Position numbers and translations under genes: made by a program. Below, one piece after another: positions 46,470 to 62,180 of a stretch of DNA of 64,000 bases. The stretch's first letter is position 1, and each line of letters starts with the position of its first letter. The notes below the pieces were generated by a model. It was not told the origin of the DNA. It did no database searches and saw only the letters and a program-made list of their open reading frames with translations. This DNA is from Felis catus (Eukaryota), in assembly GCF_018350175.1 (NCBI RefSeq), contig NC_058383.1, forward strand, positions 3,906,001 to 3,970,000, in the 5' to 3' direction.

Positions 46470-48704
46470 TTGCTATTTATTTTTATTGTTTTTAATGGAG
46501 AAATACATCATCTGTTTTCAAAATAGTGCTCGAAAAATACAAGGGGTACAGGTGCTATAAAACAAAGCAAACTCCCATCGTGAGACACTACGTACATCAT
46601 GTGAAGAAAAAAAAAAAAAAAAACTAGTCCAATATTCAGGTAATGAAAACTAGAAAGTTCCCAGTTTCCAGCTTGGTTAATTATAGTTACGTGAAACACT
46701 TAATAAACTACTTTTCCCCTATGTGTTAACGAAATGACAAGACAAAATTCGCGCCTGGCAGTTCCAACCTGACCCCACAGCTACCTGAAATACAGAGTTA
46801 CTGTGCACACTCCACCTGACCTAGGGTGCCGGAAGGGTAAAGGACTTGACAGGGCAGACGTGGAAACCAGGAACGCTGTGTACTTGACATCACAAAGTAA
46901 GGGTGAAAAGAAATCCTCAGTTACTGCAGAGCCTAAAGGGAAGACTAATCCAACCTTGGAAAGTGAATCTAGAAGGACAGGGGAAGGGCGTAAGAAATTA
47001 TAGTTGAGTATGAAAAATGCACGTGTGGTAGAAAGGGACATGGCTGGGGGAGGCCGGAATCAGGACAGGCTAACTGGAAAACCTGTCAGGCTCACTGTGT
47101 CCAGATTAAGGCAGACTACGTTTCCATTCATCTACATCTGGCCTGTTCATGTTTCCCAAACATGGATGTTCTGCTGCTTAATTATGAGTGGTCTTTTTTT
47201 TTTTTTTTAATTTAAGGAAGGTATTCCTAATCTCTTATAGGATAAAACGAAAACAGAAAGCTGACTAGATGTCAAGTGCTTGCTAGAAATTATTTTTTAC
47301 ATCTTAACATGTAAAAATTAACTGATGAATTTTAGTGAGTCCTTTAAAAATAAAAATTGGTTTAAATATTTGGGGGAAATGGCTTTTCGCTTACATGTTA
47401 AAATTGGAAATTAACTTTAGCACAAACAGATAGTCTGTGGAGCAAAGAAAATTTCCCATACGTAGAGCTCGTTTGAGCCATCCAGGGCCAATAACGTGTC
47501 TCCCAATTCGCTACTTTTAGGAAAGTTTTAGTAAAATATTAGCCATGGAGCCAAAATCCAGTGTTTTGTGCCACGAGGGCACAGGACTGTTGGCTTCATA
47601 TCACGGCTAAGAATATACTAGCATTCCAGGTATTTTCATTAATCTGCATACAAGCATGCTTTGTGCATACAAGCAAAGAGAACAGAGGCAGGGTGAGGGG
47701 AGAGGCAAAAAACTTTTCTGTTTGAGGAAAAATGATTAAGGGCAAGAGACTAGGGAGCTTTGTTAGCTCTGAGACTGTATTTGCCGTTTGCTGATTGTAT
47801 GCACTCTAAAACAATTGTACAGATAAAACCAATATATCATTTCTTGATTGTGTCCCAGCAAAACCAAAGACTATCTACTGCTTCAACGTCAAATATATAC
47901 CCTGTGCGTTGACATTTCACTTTTAAAGGGTTATGGCTACCTCACAGAGACCGAATTAGATGTACTTTTACACTTTTTCTGAAGTTTAGTACACACTGCA
48001 CCACGGCATCCCATCTGACGATTAATAATGAAGAAAACTCTTCAGGAAAAAACTAGAATTCATCAAGCTGGAAAACTTAAAATTAGTTCTACTTTCTAAT
48101 AGAAATATACATACAGTGCATCATCAGTATAAGGAATTCTGATACCAATTTGTATTGCAACTTTTCCCCAACAATGCATCAAACATAAATCCAGTCCAGA
48201 TGTGAGGCACGGGGTTGCCAGCTGAAGGGGTTTTTTGTTTTTTGTTTTTTTTTTTCTCTTTATGGGCACTAGTCCTTTAAAGTAGTTGCTACAACTGCTG
48301 CTGACACATTAATAACAGTTCTAGCTTCACCTACTAACCTGGACTTCTGATCAAGATTAGCCAAGTAAAGGAAGTTACCAAATAAGGCTAAATCTATTTT
48401 GAGTCAAATCTCGTTTGGTACCCTTCATTCTCTTCCTGTGGCCTTTGAAGACAACAGGTTGAGTTGGCAGATATTGTTTACGGACCCTGGAGGTTGTTTT
48501 TGTCAGTTCAGTCCGTCTTACTGAATTCTTGGTAACAGGAGCAGGATTTGCAGGAAGAGCAGAGATACTGAAAAGTTCTGTACTGGATGTTTTCCAGATG
48601 GCCAGCCACTATCTGAATGGTTTCTAGTGGAGTTATACTGTCTCTTTAGGAGACTGTTCCTCTTCTTTTAGTCGCTTTGGTCCTTTCTGAGGTGAGAACG
48701 TCTG
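46470..48704 (-). other. PAPOLB: Putative PAPOLB 3' UTR (PAPOLA-mRNA-derived, AT-rich)
   Basis: AT-rich stretch with no recognisable interspersed repeats. It starts with decayed PAPOLA C-terminal codons and ends at a cluster of poly(A) hexamers. Confidence 0.65.
46476..46496 (-). terminator. Polyadenylation signal cluster (ATTAAA, AATAAA, AATAAA), likely PAPOLB 3' end
   Basis: Minus strand reads ATTAAAAACAATAAAAATAAA; hexamers at 46491-46496, 46482-46487 and 46476-46481. Confidence 0.6.
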
Positions 48705-51400
<2,696 letters not shown>

Positions 51401-51605
51401 GAAGATTCTCAGGCATGTCCTTGGAGTATGCCCTCCCCACCACCGATGCGCTTCATGCGGACACGTGATGGACTCTCTCATTGGGCTCTCCATGTCTCCC
51501 GCCTCCCCTTTCTTCCCGGGCGATGCCGGGTCTACCTCTCAGTTCTCTGATTGAGTTGCAGTTAGTCTGCTGTTTAAGCCGTCCCTGAAGTATCCATTTC
51601 AATAC

Positions 51606-51814
51606 TTTTTTATAGTTTATTTACTTTGGGGGGGGGGGGGGAGTGCGCACACACGAGTGGGAGAGGGGCGGAGGGAGAGAGACAGAATCCCAAGCAGGCT
51701 CTGGGCTGATGGCATGGAGCCCCATGTGGTGCTCAAACCCATGAATCGAGAGATCATGACCTGAGCCGAAGCCAAGAGGCCAGTGCTTGACCAACTGAGC
51801 CACCCAGGTCCCCC
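51606..51814 (-). mobile_element. Can-SINE
   Basis: TSD tcaatactt at 51599-51607 and 51815-51823; gacagaatcccaagcaggctct body. Confidence 0.88.
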
Positions 51815-52307
51815 TCAATACTTAACATCTTTAATCACCAGAAGCATTATCTTGTTCTTTTCCAAATCTTTCCAGCCTCTTTGGAAGACATTCTGTTCTT
51901 TCCCGTTCTCTTCCTACCTTTTATTCATTGAACACTAACCTTACTTAATATTCTATAACTAACGGTTCCTACTCTTAATATTCCTGATAATCTGATTCTA
52001 GCTTGTTTTCTACCAACTCAGGCCAACATCATTTCACGTGTCTTGTAATTTTGGGACTGTGAGCTCATCTCTGGTGAGGCTTGGGATGCCTGTGTGGATG
52101 TCCTCTCAAAGAGGATTTGCTTTGTTTCTATCAGATGTCTTTGTACGTTATCAAATTGTACAGTGTAATTTAATTCCTCTTCCAAGGACTAGCCAGATTA
52201 CCAGAGTAGTGCGATTTTGAACCCCGAACACATGTGAGAGGAAAAGTATTTTTCCATTCTAGGGGAGTTTTCCCCACCCAGACACCAGGTCAAGAAAGAG
52301 AACTCTA

Positions 52308-52534
52308 GGGGCGCCTGGGTGGCCCATTCGGTTGAACGTCCGACTCGATTTCAGCTCAGGTCATGATCCCAGGGTCGTGGGCTTGAGCCACGTGTTGGGC
52401 TCCATACTGAGAATGGATCCTGCTTAAGATTCTCTTTCTCTCTTTCTCCCTCTGCCCCTCTCCCCCATTGTGTGCTCTCTGTCTCCCTCTAAAATAGTAA
52501 ATAAATAAATAAAGAAATAAATAAATAAATAAAT
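52308..52534 (+). mobile_element. Can-SINE with (TAAA)n tail
   Basis: ggggcgcctgggtggcccattcggttgaacgtccgact...cctgcttaagattctct...(taaa)n. Confidence 0.9.
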
Positions 52535-53048
52535 AGGGAATGAAGGAGGGAGGGAAGGAGGAAGGAAGGAAGGAAGGAGGGGAGGAAGGAAGGAGGGAGG
52601 AAGGGAAGGAAGGAAGGAGGGGAGGAAGGAGGGAGGGAGGGGTGGAAGAATGGAGGGAAGGAAGGAGGGAGGGAAGGAAGGGAAGAAGGAGACAGAGAGA
52701 GAAGGAAGGAAGGAGGGGAGGGAGGGAGGAAGGAAGGGAAAGAAGGAAGGAAGGAAGGGAAAGAAGGAAGGAAGGAGGGAGGGGAGGGAGGAAGGGAAGG
52801 AGGGAAGGAAGGGGAAGGGAGGGAAGGAAGGAGGGGAGGAAGGAAGGAGGGAGGGAAGGAAGAAAGGGAAGGAAGGGAAGAAGGAGGCAGGGAGGGAAGG
52901 AAGGGAGGAAGGAAGAAGGAAGGAGGGGAGGGAGGAAGGAAGGAAGGAGGGGAGGAAGGAAGGGAGGGAAGTAAGGAAGGAGGAGAGGAAGGGAGGGAAG
53001 GAAGAAAGGAAGGAGGAAAGGAAGGAAGGAAGGAGGGAGGAAGGAAGA
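52535..53048. repeat. About 510-bp polypurine (GGAA/GGAG/GGGA)n simple repeat
   Basis: Almost exclusively A/G on the + strand, with only a handful of pyrimidines. Confidence 0.95.
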
Positions 53049-53479
53049 TAACACTTTGTCATCTCCTTTCACCAGGTAGCAGGTTCTTCCTACCCCATCT
53101 TTTCATTCAGCGTGTCACCCTTTGAGAGTTGCAACCATATCTGGGGGTTTCAGTTCCATTTCTCTACCTCTGTAGGTCCCGAAGCTCTGCCTCTTTCCTG
53201 GGCAGCTGCTAAAATAAAGGTTCTTGGTTACAAGGACTGGCAAATGCCTCCAGAGCCATGAGAGCTTTAGAATCAGTTAAGTTTCTGAGGTTTCAAAGTA
53301 CCTCTTTGGGGGTTCTTTCAACCCTGCTGACCTACCTTATTTTCTTAGGCACTCGGCTTGGCATCTTAAAGGAGAATTTTTTTTTTATGTTTCAACCAAC
53401 CCTTCCAGGTACTCTATACAGAAAGATTTTCTAGGGTAAGTAATCCCACGTATTACAAGAATAGAAGTACCTGGTTTTC

Positions 53480-54998
53480 AGCCCACTTCAATACGGCTTG
53501 CATGCTCCACATTCCAGCAGCACAGCTCTCAGTAAGGTCTTTGGTGACGGCCATGTCGTTGAATCCAATGGTCTACATTCTTTTGGTCTATGGTGGCCTC
53601 TTCTTGGCCTCCATGGCACCACACTCTTTGTCCCGCCTTGTGCATCTCTGGCCTCTCCTCAGCCTATAAGGCTATGACTTAGCCTCTAGAGTTGGTGTCA
53701 CTCCAGTTTCCGTATCAAGCCCTCGTTTCTCCTTATCGCATATACATTCGCTGCCTAGATGATCTCAGTTTTCACAGCTTTAAATATCAACTATTTACGG
53801 CTTAATTCAAGTTTTTGTAACAGACTCTCTTCTAAGCTGCAGATGCATATTATCTGACTTCCTGTCTACCACCTCCATTGAATGTCTCAAACTTAACATA
53901 GTCCAAAGAGACCTCTTAGTCCTCCCTCCATAATTTGTTTCTCTCTCAGTAGTCACCGTTTAGGGCATGGCATCTCCATCCACCCAACTGGGCATACCAG
54001 AAACCTGGCAGTCATTCTCAACATCTCCCTCTTTCTCACACTCAACATCTAGTTCTTTACAAATATTAGTGATTCTGCCTCCAGAATATATCTGCAATTC
54101 ATACACTTCTCTCTACGTGTTCCCTCCGAACTCTACTGGAGGCTACCACCAACTCTCATCTAGGTTCCTACAATAATCTAATCATCTCCTATTACTGACC
54201 TTTTCAGGTATTTTCTTTTTTTAAATATTTTTTTAGTATTTATTTCGTTTTGAGAGAGAGACAGACTGAGTGCCAGCGGGGTAGGGGCAGAGAGAGAGGG
54301 AGACACAGAATCCGAAGCAGGCCCCAGGCTCCGAGCTGTCCGCACAGAGCCCGACGCGGGGCTCAAACTCCCGAACTGTGAGATCGTGACCCGAGCCGAA
54401 GTCAGTTGCCCCACTGACTGAGCCACCCAGGCGCCCCTCAAGTATTTTCTGCCTGGGAGCCAGAGTGGTATTTTAACCCCTTCGGGGCCTCCCATTATAC
54501 CTAGTCTAAATCTAAAATACCCAACGACCCAAGCTTGTCTGTCTTTCCCCTGACCATCTCCCCAGCCCCACTGCCCACGGCTCCCCCCACGCTCCGGCCA
54601 CACGGGCCTCCTTTCAGTGCCGTGAATTTGCTTCATTCTCTCTCCTCCTGGAGTCTGTACACAGCTGTTCCCTCTGCCCAGAGAGCTCTTCCCGCCCCAC
54701 CAGGTATCTGCTGCCCTTCACCCGGTTAATGTGTCGTCATCTTTAAGACTGGCTTACATTTTACCTCCTCAGTGAGAATTTCCCTAACCTTCGTGCGAAA
54801 TTAGCTCATGTGCTTTTGTTCCGTAGCACATACCACAGTGTGTAAGTATGGTTTTCGTGTGATTATTTCTTGGTCTTTACTTCCCACTAGACTCTTAAGC
54901 TCCATGAGAACACAACCTCTCTGTTTTGTCAACTGCTATATATCCAGCACCTAACAGAGTAGCGCCCAACAAATATGTGCTGACAAATTAGTGAATGA
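53480..54998 (+). mobile_element. LINE-2 (L2a-like) remnant, interrupted by a SINE
   Basis: gctttaaatatcaactattta...ctctcttctaagctgcagat...tgtctcaaacttaacatagtccaaa...ccagaaacctggcagtcattct...ccagcacctaacagagt...aacaaatatgtgctga...gtgaatga. Confidence 0.7.
54217..54437 (-). mobile_element. Can-SINE (SINEC_Fc type)
   Basis: TSD tca(g/a)gtattttct at 54204-54216 and 54438-54450. Confidence 0.92.
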
Positions 54999-56178
54999 GC
55001 ACAAAAAATAAAATTCTTTCTCCTTCGAGTCACTGGCTGATCAATATCCAGAAGACGCAGTTCTTGAATTTTGATTAGGTAGAGGCCGGTTTCAAACGTA
55101 CACACTGGGAAATCATCGTGCGACTCAGTTCACAGTTACTCAGACCAGTTGGCTACAGGGACTTTCTACAGCTGTGTGACTCGAGGACCCTTGCTACATT
55201 AACACTACAGCACCTTTTGACTTAAGAGCGATTCCAAGGGAGATTTCTGTGGGCCGGGGGCTCATACTCCGTGCCTAAGGATGCGGAAGGACCACACAAG
55301 AGAGCACACCATCGTCATGGCAGCCTTTCTGGAGAAGCTGCTGTCCGTCAGCGCTTAGTGGATACATCTGTAATCCAGAAATTCCATTCCCGGGAGAATG
55401 CCCTCCGAGGACTCTGCACAGACCCTCAACAGGGTGGGAGCGCCAGTGTTTGTAGTGGGAAGAAGCTGGATGTGACCTGAGTGCCCGTGATTAGGGGAGT
55501 GGATAAGGTGGCTTATGTAGGCGATGGAAAACCAGGTCTGAGTGAAATTTACAGCACCACAGGTAGACCTTAATCTTATTATACACGGTCCTCAGTTGAA
55601 GAGAAAGTTTAAGCTCTGATACAGTCAAATCCATCTACCTCTTCCCCTTATGGTTTGTGCCTTTTAAGCCTTCTCTATGAAATCTTTCTTCTTTTGGCTG
55701 AAGCCAGTCATCCCAACACCGTTTATAAAACCCTTTCCCCACAATCTGTGACGCGATCTACACTGTGCCAAATTCCCACCGGGTCAGTCAACACAGGTCT
55801 GCCTCTGCCTTCTCTACTCTGTTCCTTCCGTCGGCTTGGATGTTCCTGTCCACAGACCACATGCCTTCAGTTACCACGACTTTATCACCTATCTCAGAGC
55901 TTAGGAGATCAATACCCCCTACCCTGCTCATCCTGTTCAGACCTATCTCGGGCATTCGAGAACCGGTATTCTTTCACAAAGATGGACTCAGTCTCTGCAA
56001 GGACAGCACAGCAAAGAAGGTGGACTTGGGCCTCATTTACTGCTGTCACTCTGGACACATCTGAATGTGTGTCCCAGACCTCAGCGAACATTTCTGCCAC
56101 GTCAACCTTCAGAAGGAAGAAAAGATAGTTGGCTAGCATTCTCTGTTTACGTGAGTATATCATCTAAAACCCTGAGAG

Positions 56179-56389
56179 GGGGCGCCTGGGTGGCCCAGTG
56201 GGTTAAGCGTCTAACACTTGATTTCGGCTCAGGTCACGATCTCACGGTTCGTGAGTTCAGGCCCTCCCTCCACCCTGTCAGGCTCCATGCTGAGTGTGGA
56301 GGCTGCCTAAGAGTCTCTCTCTCCCTCTCCCTCTGCCCCTCCTGCAACTGCGCTTACTCTCTCCCTAAACAAACAAACAAATAAATAAA
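56179..56389 (+). mobile_element. Can-SINE
   Basis: ggggcgcctgggtggcccagtgggttaagcgtct head and (CAAA)(TAAA) tail. Confidence 0.9.
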
Positions 56390-56746
56390 TCCATGAGATA
56401 TGTGATATAAATATATGTGATTTAAATATATCCCCCAAAATCTTTCCCCAAAATTATAAGTCACTTTTGGGAACCAACAGATACGAACACGGTTTAAGTG
56501 GTAATAAAACATAGTGGTTAATATGTTAATACTTCTTGGAAATGCTTCACACGGTTAACCCAAGTGAGGTCTCTCTTGCCGTGTAACCAAATGCAAAATT
56601 TTGCTTTTATACCTGCCTCCTTCAAGACCACTTTCAAGAGGCTGATTCATTTTACTGCGGTTTGGTACAACACAGAAGGGCCTCAAGAACCAGGTGGATT
56701 TGTTGTACTAGTTAGACAGCAAATGCTGGCTAAATGAGTGGTTTTA

Positions 56747-56988
56747 TTTTTTTTTTTTTCTTTTTAAATTTTTTTTTTCAACGTTTATTTATTTTTGGGA
56801 CAGAGAGAGACAGAGCACGAACGGGGGAGGGGCAGAGAGAGAGGGAGACACAGAATCGGAAACAGGCTCCAGGCTCCAGGCTCCCAGCCATCAGCCCAGA
56901 GCCCGACGCGGGGCTCGAACTCACGGAGCGCGAGATCGTGACCTGGCTGAAGTCGGACGCTTAACCGACTGCGCCACCCAGGCGCCCC
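56747..56988 (-). mobile_element. Young felid SINE (SINEC_Fc1-like)
   Basis: Perfect 17-bp TSD ctaaatgagtggtttta at 56730-56746 and 56989-57005. CpGs retained, long T tail. Confidence 0.95.
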
Positions 56989-57508
56989 CTAAATGAGTGG
57001 TTTTAAATCTACTTCTAGACTTTTAAAATCAGTTTCACCAAAACTATGAAGAGGTTTTAGGAAATCTGAGTTCAGTGCTGTTCAGTTCACGGAATCGCTA
57101 GTTATTCGTGCCAACCAATAAACATCCGCTCTCACCTTGGGAGCATCCCGTCTGGGGGCCAAATGTGAAGAAAGGTGGAGGCCTGTGGCTCCGAGGGGCT
57201 GACAGGTGTCTGGTATTCTCTCTCATCCCCTCAACCTGACACCTAATCCCTTCCGGCCCAACCCCCCAGGAGGGCCTGCACCCCCCACAGGCACGCACTT
57301 CCCTCATTGGCTAAATCCCTTCCCTGCCCCGTCCACACCGGCCCTCCCCAGCCGGTTCCTCTTACGCGTCACATCTTCCGAATGTTTTATGCCTGCTCTG
57401 CCCTCCCCCTGTGTTTGCTGTGGGAAGCACGGAGCACCTGACTTGGGAGGCTCCTCGTAGGACGAGGTGGCAAGTCCCGGGGAAGGGGGTGGTGCCGCTA
57501 GCCAGGCC

Positions 57509-57545
<37 letters not shown>

Positions 57546-58352
57546 ACCCAGTTTCCTGGAACAGGGCCGGGAAGCTGCCTCTGCCGCTGCGCTTCTCTGT
57601 GATGCTGAAGACTTAACTTAAAAACAAAAAAAAATCTATGCAGTGAATTAAAGGATAAGATGGGCTGTGAGCAGCTAACCATTCAATTTTATGTTCTCTC
57701 TGAATTAAAAATCCTCAAAAATGTCTTTTAAGCTCAATTACTTTTCTACTTTTAGATTGATGAGGAAAGTTAGGGGTTGTCTCGCTTTCTACCAAACCAC
57801 ATAAGATAAATGCTGCCCACAATGAGTCCATCACCTCAAATACGCTCAAAGAGTCTCACTCAAGACCCACAAGGCGATTCCTCCTAAAATAAAAGGAGAA
57901 GAAAATCCAGATCGCCTCCTTCATCCTGAGAGAAGTTATTAAAGATCAGATCCACGGCGAAAGAAAAAACGTCAAAAGCACAGAGAGGTCGGGGGACGTG
58001 TGAGGACAGAATTCACAGTGCACAATCGGTGGGTGGAGACAGCAGAGGGCCCCCCTGAAGCCTCAACATCCCTGTCTGTCACCGGAGCCGAGGCCCTGCC
58101 TGCCCATCCATGGAGGAGAAGGTGGGAGGAACCACATACTCAGAGTCAGGTGCTCAGAGACGACCTCTCCACCACCCCCGGCCACTCCAGCTGGGCCTAA
58201 AGGAGAAAGGAGTGTGGCGGGCTGCACGCTCAGGTACCCGAGGGACACACTCCCAGTCGCTCGAAGCCACAGCTGGCACTAGTGGACTGCCACGCCGTCG
58301 GAACACCACCCTCTCGCCGCCCCGTCTCCAACCCCTAGCAAAGAAAACGGAT

Positions 58353-58570
58353 GGGGCGCCCGGCTGGCTCAGTCGGTTGGGCGTCCGACTTCGGCTCAAG
58401 TCACGATCTCACGGTTCATGGGTTCGAGCCCCATGTCAGGCTCTGTGCTGACAGCTCGGAGCCTGGGGCCCGCTTCGGATTCTGCATCTCCCTCTCTCTC
58501 TCTGCCCCTCCCCTGCTCGCACTGGCTCGCTCACTCTCTCTCAAAAACACACACTAAAAAAATTTTAAAA
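58353..58570 (+). mobile_element. Can-SINE (SINEC_Fc type)
   Basis: ggggcgcccggctggctcagtcgg head; TSD-like aaagaaaa(c/t)gga on both sides. Confidence 0.9.
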
Positions 58571-59075
58571 AGAAAAGAAAATGGAGCCAAACTCTGGAGT
58601 CTTGAATGCACGTGGAAAGTGAAACTTGGGAGCTGGCTCTCCTTCCGTGCGTTAGTACTTCAGTGGGCTTTTAATGAGCACCTACTGTATGCCCCCATAC
58701 CGTGTAGACGGTTAGTCACAAGCCCAGTGACAGAGGCAGAGATGCCTGGAATGGCGTGGCCTGCACACCTCGAGTCACAGTGGCTTCAGAAATGCTCCAA
58801 GCTGGCCTTCTTCTAAGAGGACACCCAAAGAAGAGAAGGAGACACCGCCTGCAGGGGACAGAACAATGCCAAGCCTCTGAGGGCCACGCAGGCCACACAG
58901 AAAAGGCATCCACAGACAGAAAAAGAAGCTCCATATGTCACCCTCAAGACACTGGGCTTTCAGGGCGCTGAGTCCTCAGGGAGCCCCGGGAGGGAGAGTG
59001 CGGCCTGAGGGTCACAAAGGCACGTGGCCGCTGGCCCCAACGGTGAGGCGCTCGGTGCAGCCGCTCCGTCCGGTT

Positions 59076-59282
59076 CAGTGGCTCTGTGTCCCGGCAAGTT
59101 TGCCCCCCCGGGCCACCTGGCAATGCCCAGAGACACGTTTGGTTGTCACGGTCGGCAGGGGTGCTGCTAGCATCCAGCGGGCAGAGGCCTGGAACGTCGC
59201 CGAATCCCCGCCGACGCGCACAGGTTGGCCCGCACAGCAAACTACTGAACTAACTTGTCCCTGAGGCCAAGGTTGAGAAATC
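59076..59282 (+). mobile_element. MER20-like hAT DNA transposon
   Basis: cagtgg...tttgcccccc...tggcaatgcccagagacacgtttggttgtcac...gtgctgctagcatccagcgggcagaggcc...gccaaggttgagaaa. Confidence 0.8.
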
Positions 59283-61224
59283 GAAGCTGAACACACACTT
59301 CCGCCCTGGGGACGCAAACGCACCTTCTCTCTCGCCCTCCCCACGCCACTGACGAAGACCACGTGGCCCGGCTGTCACCCCACCCCGAAGCGCACAGAAG
59401 GGATTGTTGTCTCTGTCGGTGACGAGACACAGAGGCCTGTCAGTGCTCCCGGCCCTGGACACCAGCCTTCCGGGAAAACGCACACAAGAGGGGCCTCGCG
59501 GCGCCCCCCACGCCAGCCGCCCCCTCCCAGAGCAGACACACAGTATTTTGAGACTCTGGAAATCAGGGGAGCCGGCAGCTGCAAAAAGACAGTATTTATG
59601 GAAAACGAAACCCAAAGTGTCCGACTGCGTGACTACGGGTGCGTGACAAGGGTCCGAACGGGGAAGGAGAGCCCGTGGATCCTCGTTCCGGCGCCACGGG
59701 GAAACCTCTGGCACACCCTCCTTCGCCCCGGGATTGTGAGCGGACCCCAGCGAGCCTGCAGGAGAGGGGCCCGTGGGGGGTCCCCAGCACCCCGCACCCG
59801 CTCCCAGCAGCTCCTCAGCTCCAAAGAGCAGCCCGGAGGGGGCGTCGGCTCCGGCTTACTCCGAACCAGGACTAGGGAGCCCTGGCTCACTAGCGACCGG
59901 AGGAGTCCTTCACTGCGACAGTGCTCGGTCACCTGAAGCCAGAGAAGGCCAGCGTTAACTCCCGCGCACGCACGTACACACACACCTGCACACAGACACG
60001 CACACGCCTGCACACGTGCGCACACACACAGGCAGTCCCTTGCCTTTACCACCACTCTTTCCAGATGGCTCACTAGAATTGTAGGGTCAACCTCCCCCGC
60101 TCTTTGGGGGAAAAGACGCACAGAGAAGCCCTGGAGCGCTGCTCTGCGGTGGAATCACCACCGTCCCAGGCCCTAAAACGCTCCACCTCTGTGGGCGTTG
60201 ATTTCACCACTGCAAATGCCACCACACAGCCTCGGCGCGGCACACAGGCCAGCCGGGCTCCCAGAGGACGGCCAGGCGCTGGGGGCGTCTCCCGAGCAGG
60301 GCAGACCCACAAGCTGGAGATTCTTTCTCGTTATCAGACTTGACACAGGAACACCAGGTCAACACCAAACTCCCCCTTCAGCTCCTCGGGGTCCGCTCGG
60401 ACAGCTCAGCCTCTGCAGGCCTCACCGCACCATCTCTACCGTCGCTGGCAGGGGGACAGCACGGTCAGGAGGCCCCGCAGTCCCGGACCACGCCCCAAGG
60501 GAAAGCCAGCAGCAAAGGGTGATTCCCTGGGGTCCAGGAGGCCTGCTTCAGGCAGGTAACACAACCCGCCTCCGGCCCGGCCAAGTGTGTCCGTGAGACC
60601 GGTCCCATTCAATGGACTCTTTATTTGAAAGGTTTTGCAAAACCAATGCCAAGTTGAATAGGCCGTGGGCAATGCGGCCTTCTCTTGCCTCGACTGATGT
60701 AAAAGGAACACCGTCCGTAAGGGGTTGGTGAACAGGAGATAAAGACCCCCTTCCTACAGATGGCCTCTGGCCCCTGGTCCCCTCACCTGTGCAATACAGA
60801 GCAAGCTTTCCAACGTCCTAGCCGACACCCGGGGCCCAGAGACCCACGCGCTTTTGCCCTCCTTCCCGCAGAACAAACACCGAGCAGGACAATGACCACG
60901 AGCTGAACACCAGCGGCCTCTCAGCAGGTCTGCCTGGCCTCCTGGGGCATCTTCTGAATGACGGGGCCAGAGTGCGCTGGATCGAGGCAAGGCAGGGCCG
61001 GATGGAACGCCAGGCCCTGGGCCCACAGGGTGGGGACGTCAGGGTGCCGGGCCAGGGAGAGTTGACTGCAAAAATGTCAACTCCAGTTGGCGAGCTTTTT
61101 ACTGCCGCCCCGTGCCAGCAACTCCAAATGGCATCAGCGATCAGATGTCCCCCCTGTCAGTAGGACCCCCAACTTCTGCCTATAAGCGCACAGGACAAAC
61201 TGCTTACCACGTACAGGAAACGTC

Positions 61225-61430
61225 AACAATAATACACAACTCTAACTCCCTGAGCGTCTGCCAAGCACCATGCTAAGTGCTTTGCGTACATCGCTAACGC
61301 CCGTGACTGGGAAGTCACGCCCCCATTGTCCAGATCAGGAAACTGAGGCCACACGGGTGAAGTGATCTGCCCGAGGTAACAGAGGACCGCTGCTGCTGAA
61401 TGCCAACCGCGGCACAGCCCTGGACTGTGG
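61225..61430 (-). mobile_element. MIR SINE remnant
   Basis: tgccaagcaccatgctaagtgcttt...ccccattgtccagatcaggaaactgaggcc...gtgaagtgatctgcccgaggtaacag (MIR core). Confidence 0.75.
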
Positions 61431-62180
61431 GACACGGAGGTCCCCATCAGGCCTGAGTGACCCCGGTCCCTGGAGTTCCACGGCTCATCTCCACACTGAA
61501 GGCACAGAGCAGGCCCCACGCCAGAAGCAGAACTAGAGAAAAGGAGCATTTGCAACCCCTCGGGGGCACACACAACAGGTCAGGAGTGCTCAAGGCCTCT
61601 TTCGATCCTGGGATATTGTGAAATCAAATGACAAGTCTCCTAAGGCCCTTAAACATCCTTCCGCTGAGGACCACAGAAGACAAGCCCCTTTTCTGCATAA
61701 AGCCACCATTTTCTACAAGAAATTAAGAAAAAGCCAACTATGATCTGAGATACACCGAAGAGTCTTCTGGCTTTGGAAGAAAATGATTTTTTATGGCGTT
61801 TACCTATTAAGATAATCAGTTCCTCTCCACCAGCTGAACCAGCCAAACACAGACGCAGAGCCCTGGCCCACAGGCCTCCAAGTGCCCCAGGCACCCCGTC
61901 ACCTCTGGAGACCCTTCACACCTCCTTGTCCCTTCACTGGACTGTTCCAAAGACTCACCCCACACCTCGGGCACCGTGGGACTTCCCATAACCCTTCGGC
62001 CACCTGCGCAGCTGTGCACGGCTGTCTGCACCAAAGGACATGACTGGGGAGCTGGAACAAAGGAGGGACCTGCCCTATGACACTGCAAGACTCCATCAGG
62101 AGCCACCACAGCACGCGCACGTGTCCCGCAGTATAGACCAACTGCAGTCTCCACAGCAACTTTGATTAAGAAGTCCTCAA

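Noticed and set aside
47194..47211. A15 run (minus strand) as the retrogene's terminal poly(A) tail
   Set aside because: UTR-like sequence continues about 700 bp further to a stronger hexamer cluster at 46476-46496, where L1-like flank begins. At most a proximal poly(A) site or an internal-priming site.
52356..53072. Pro/Ser/Leu/Phe-rich and Gly/Arg/Glu/Lys-rich ORFs
   Set aside because: Translations of the (GGAA/GGAG)n simple repeat and a SINE.
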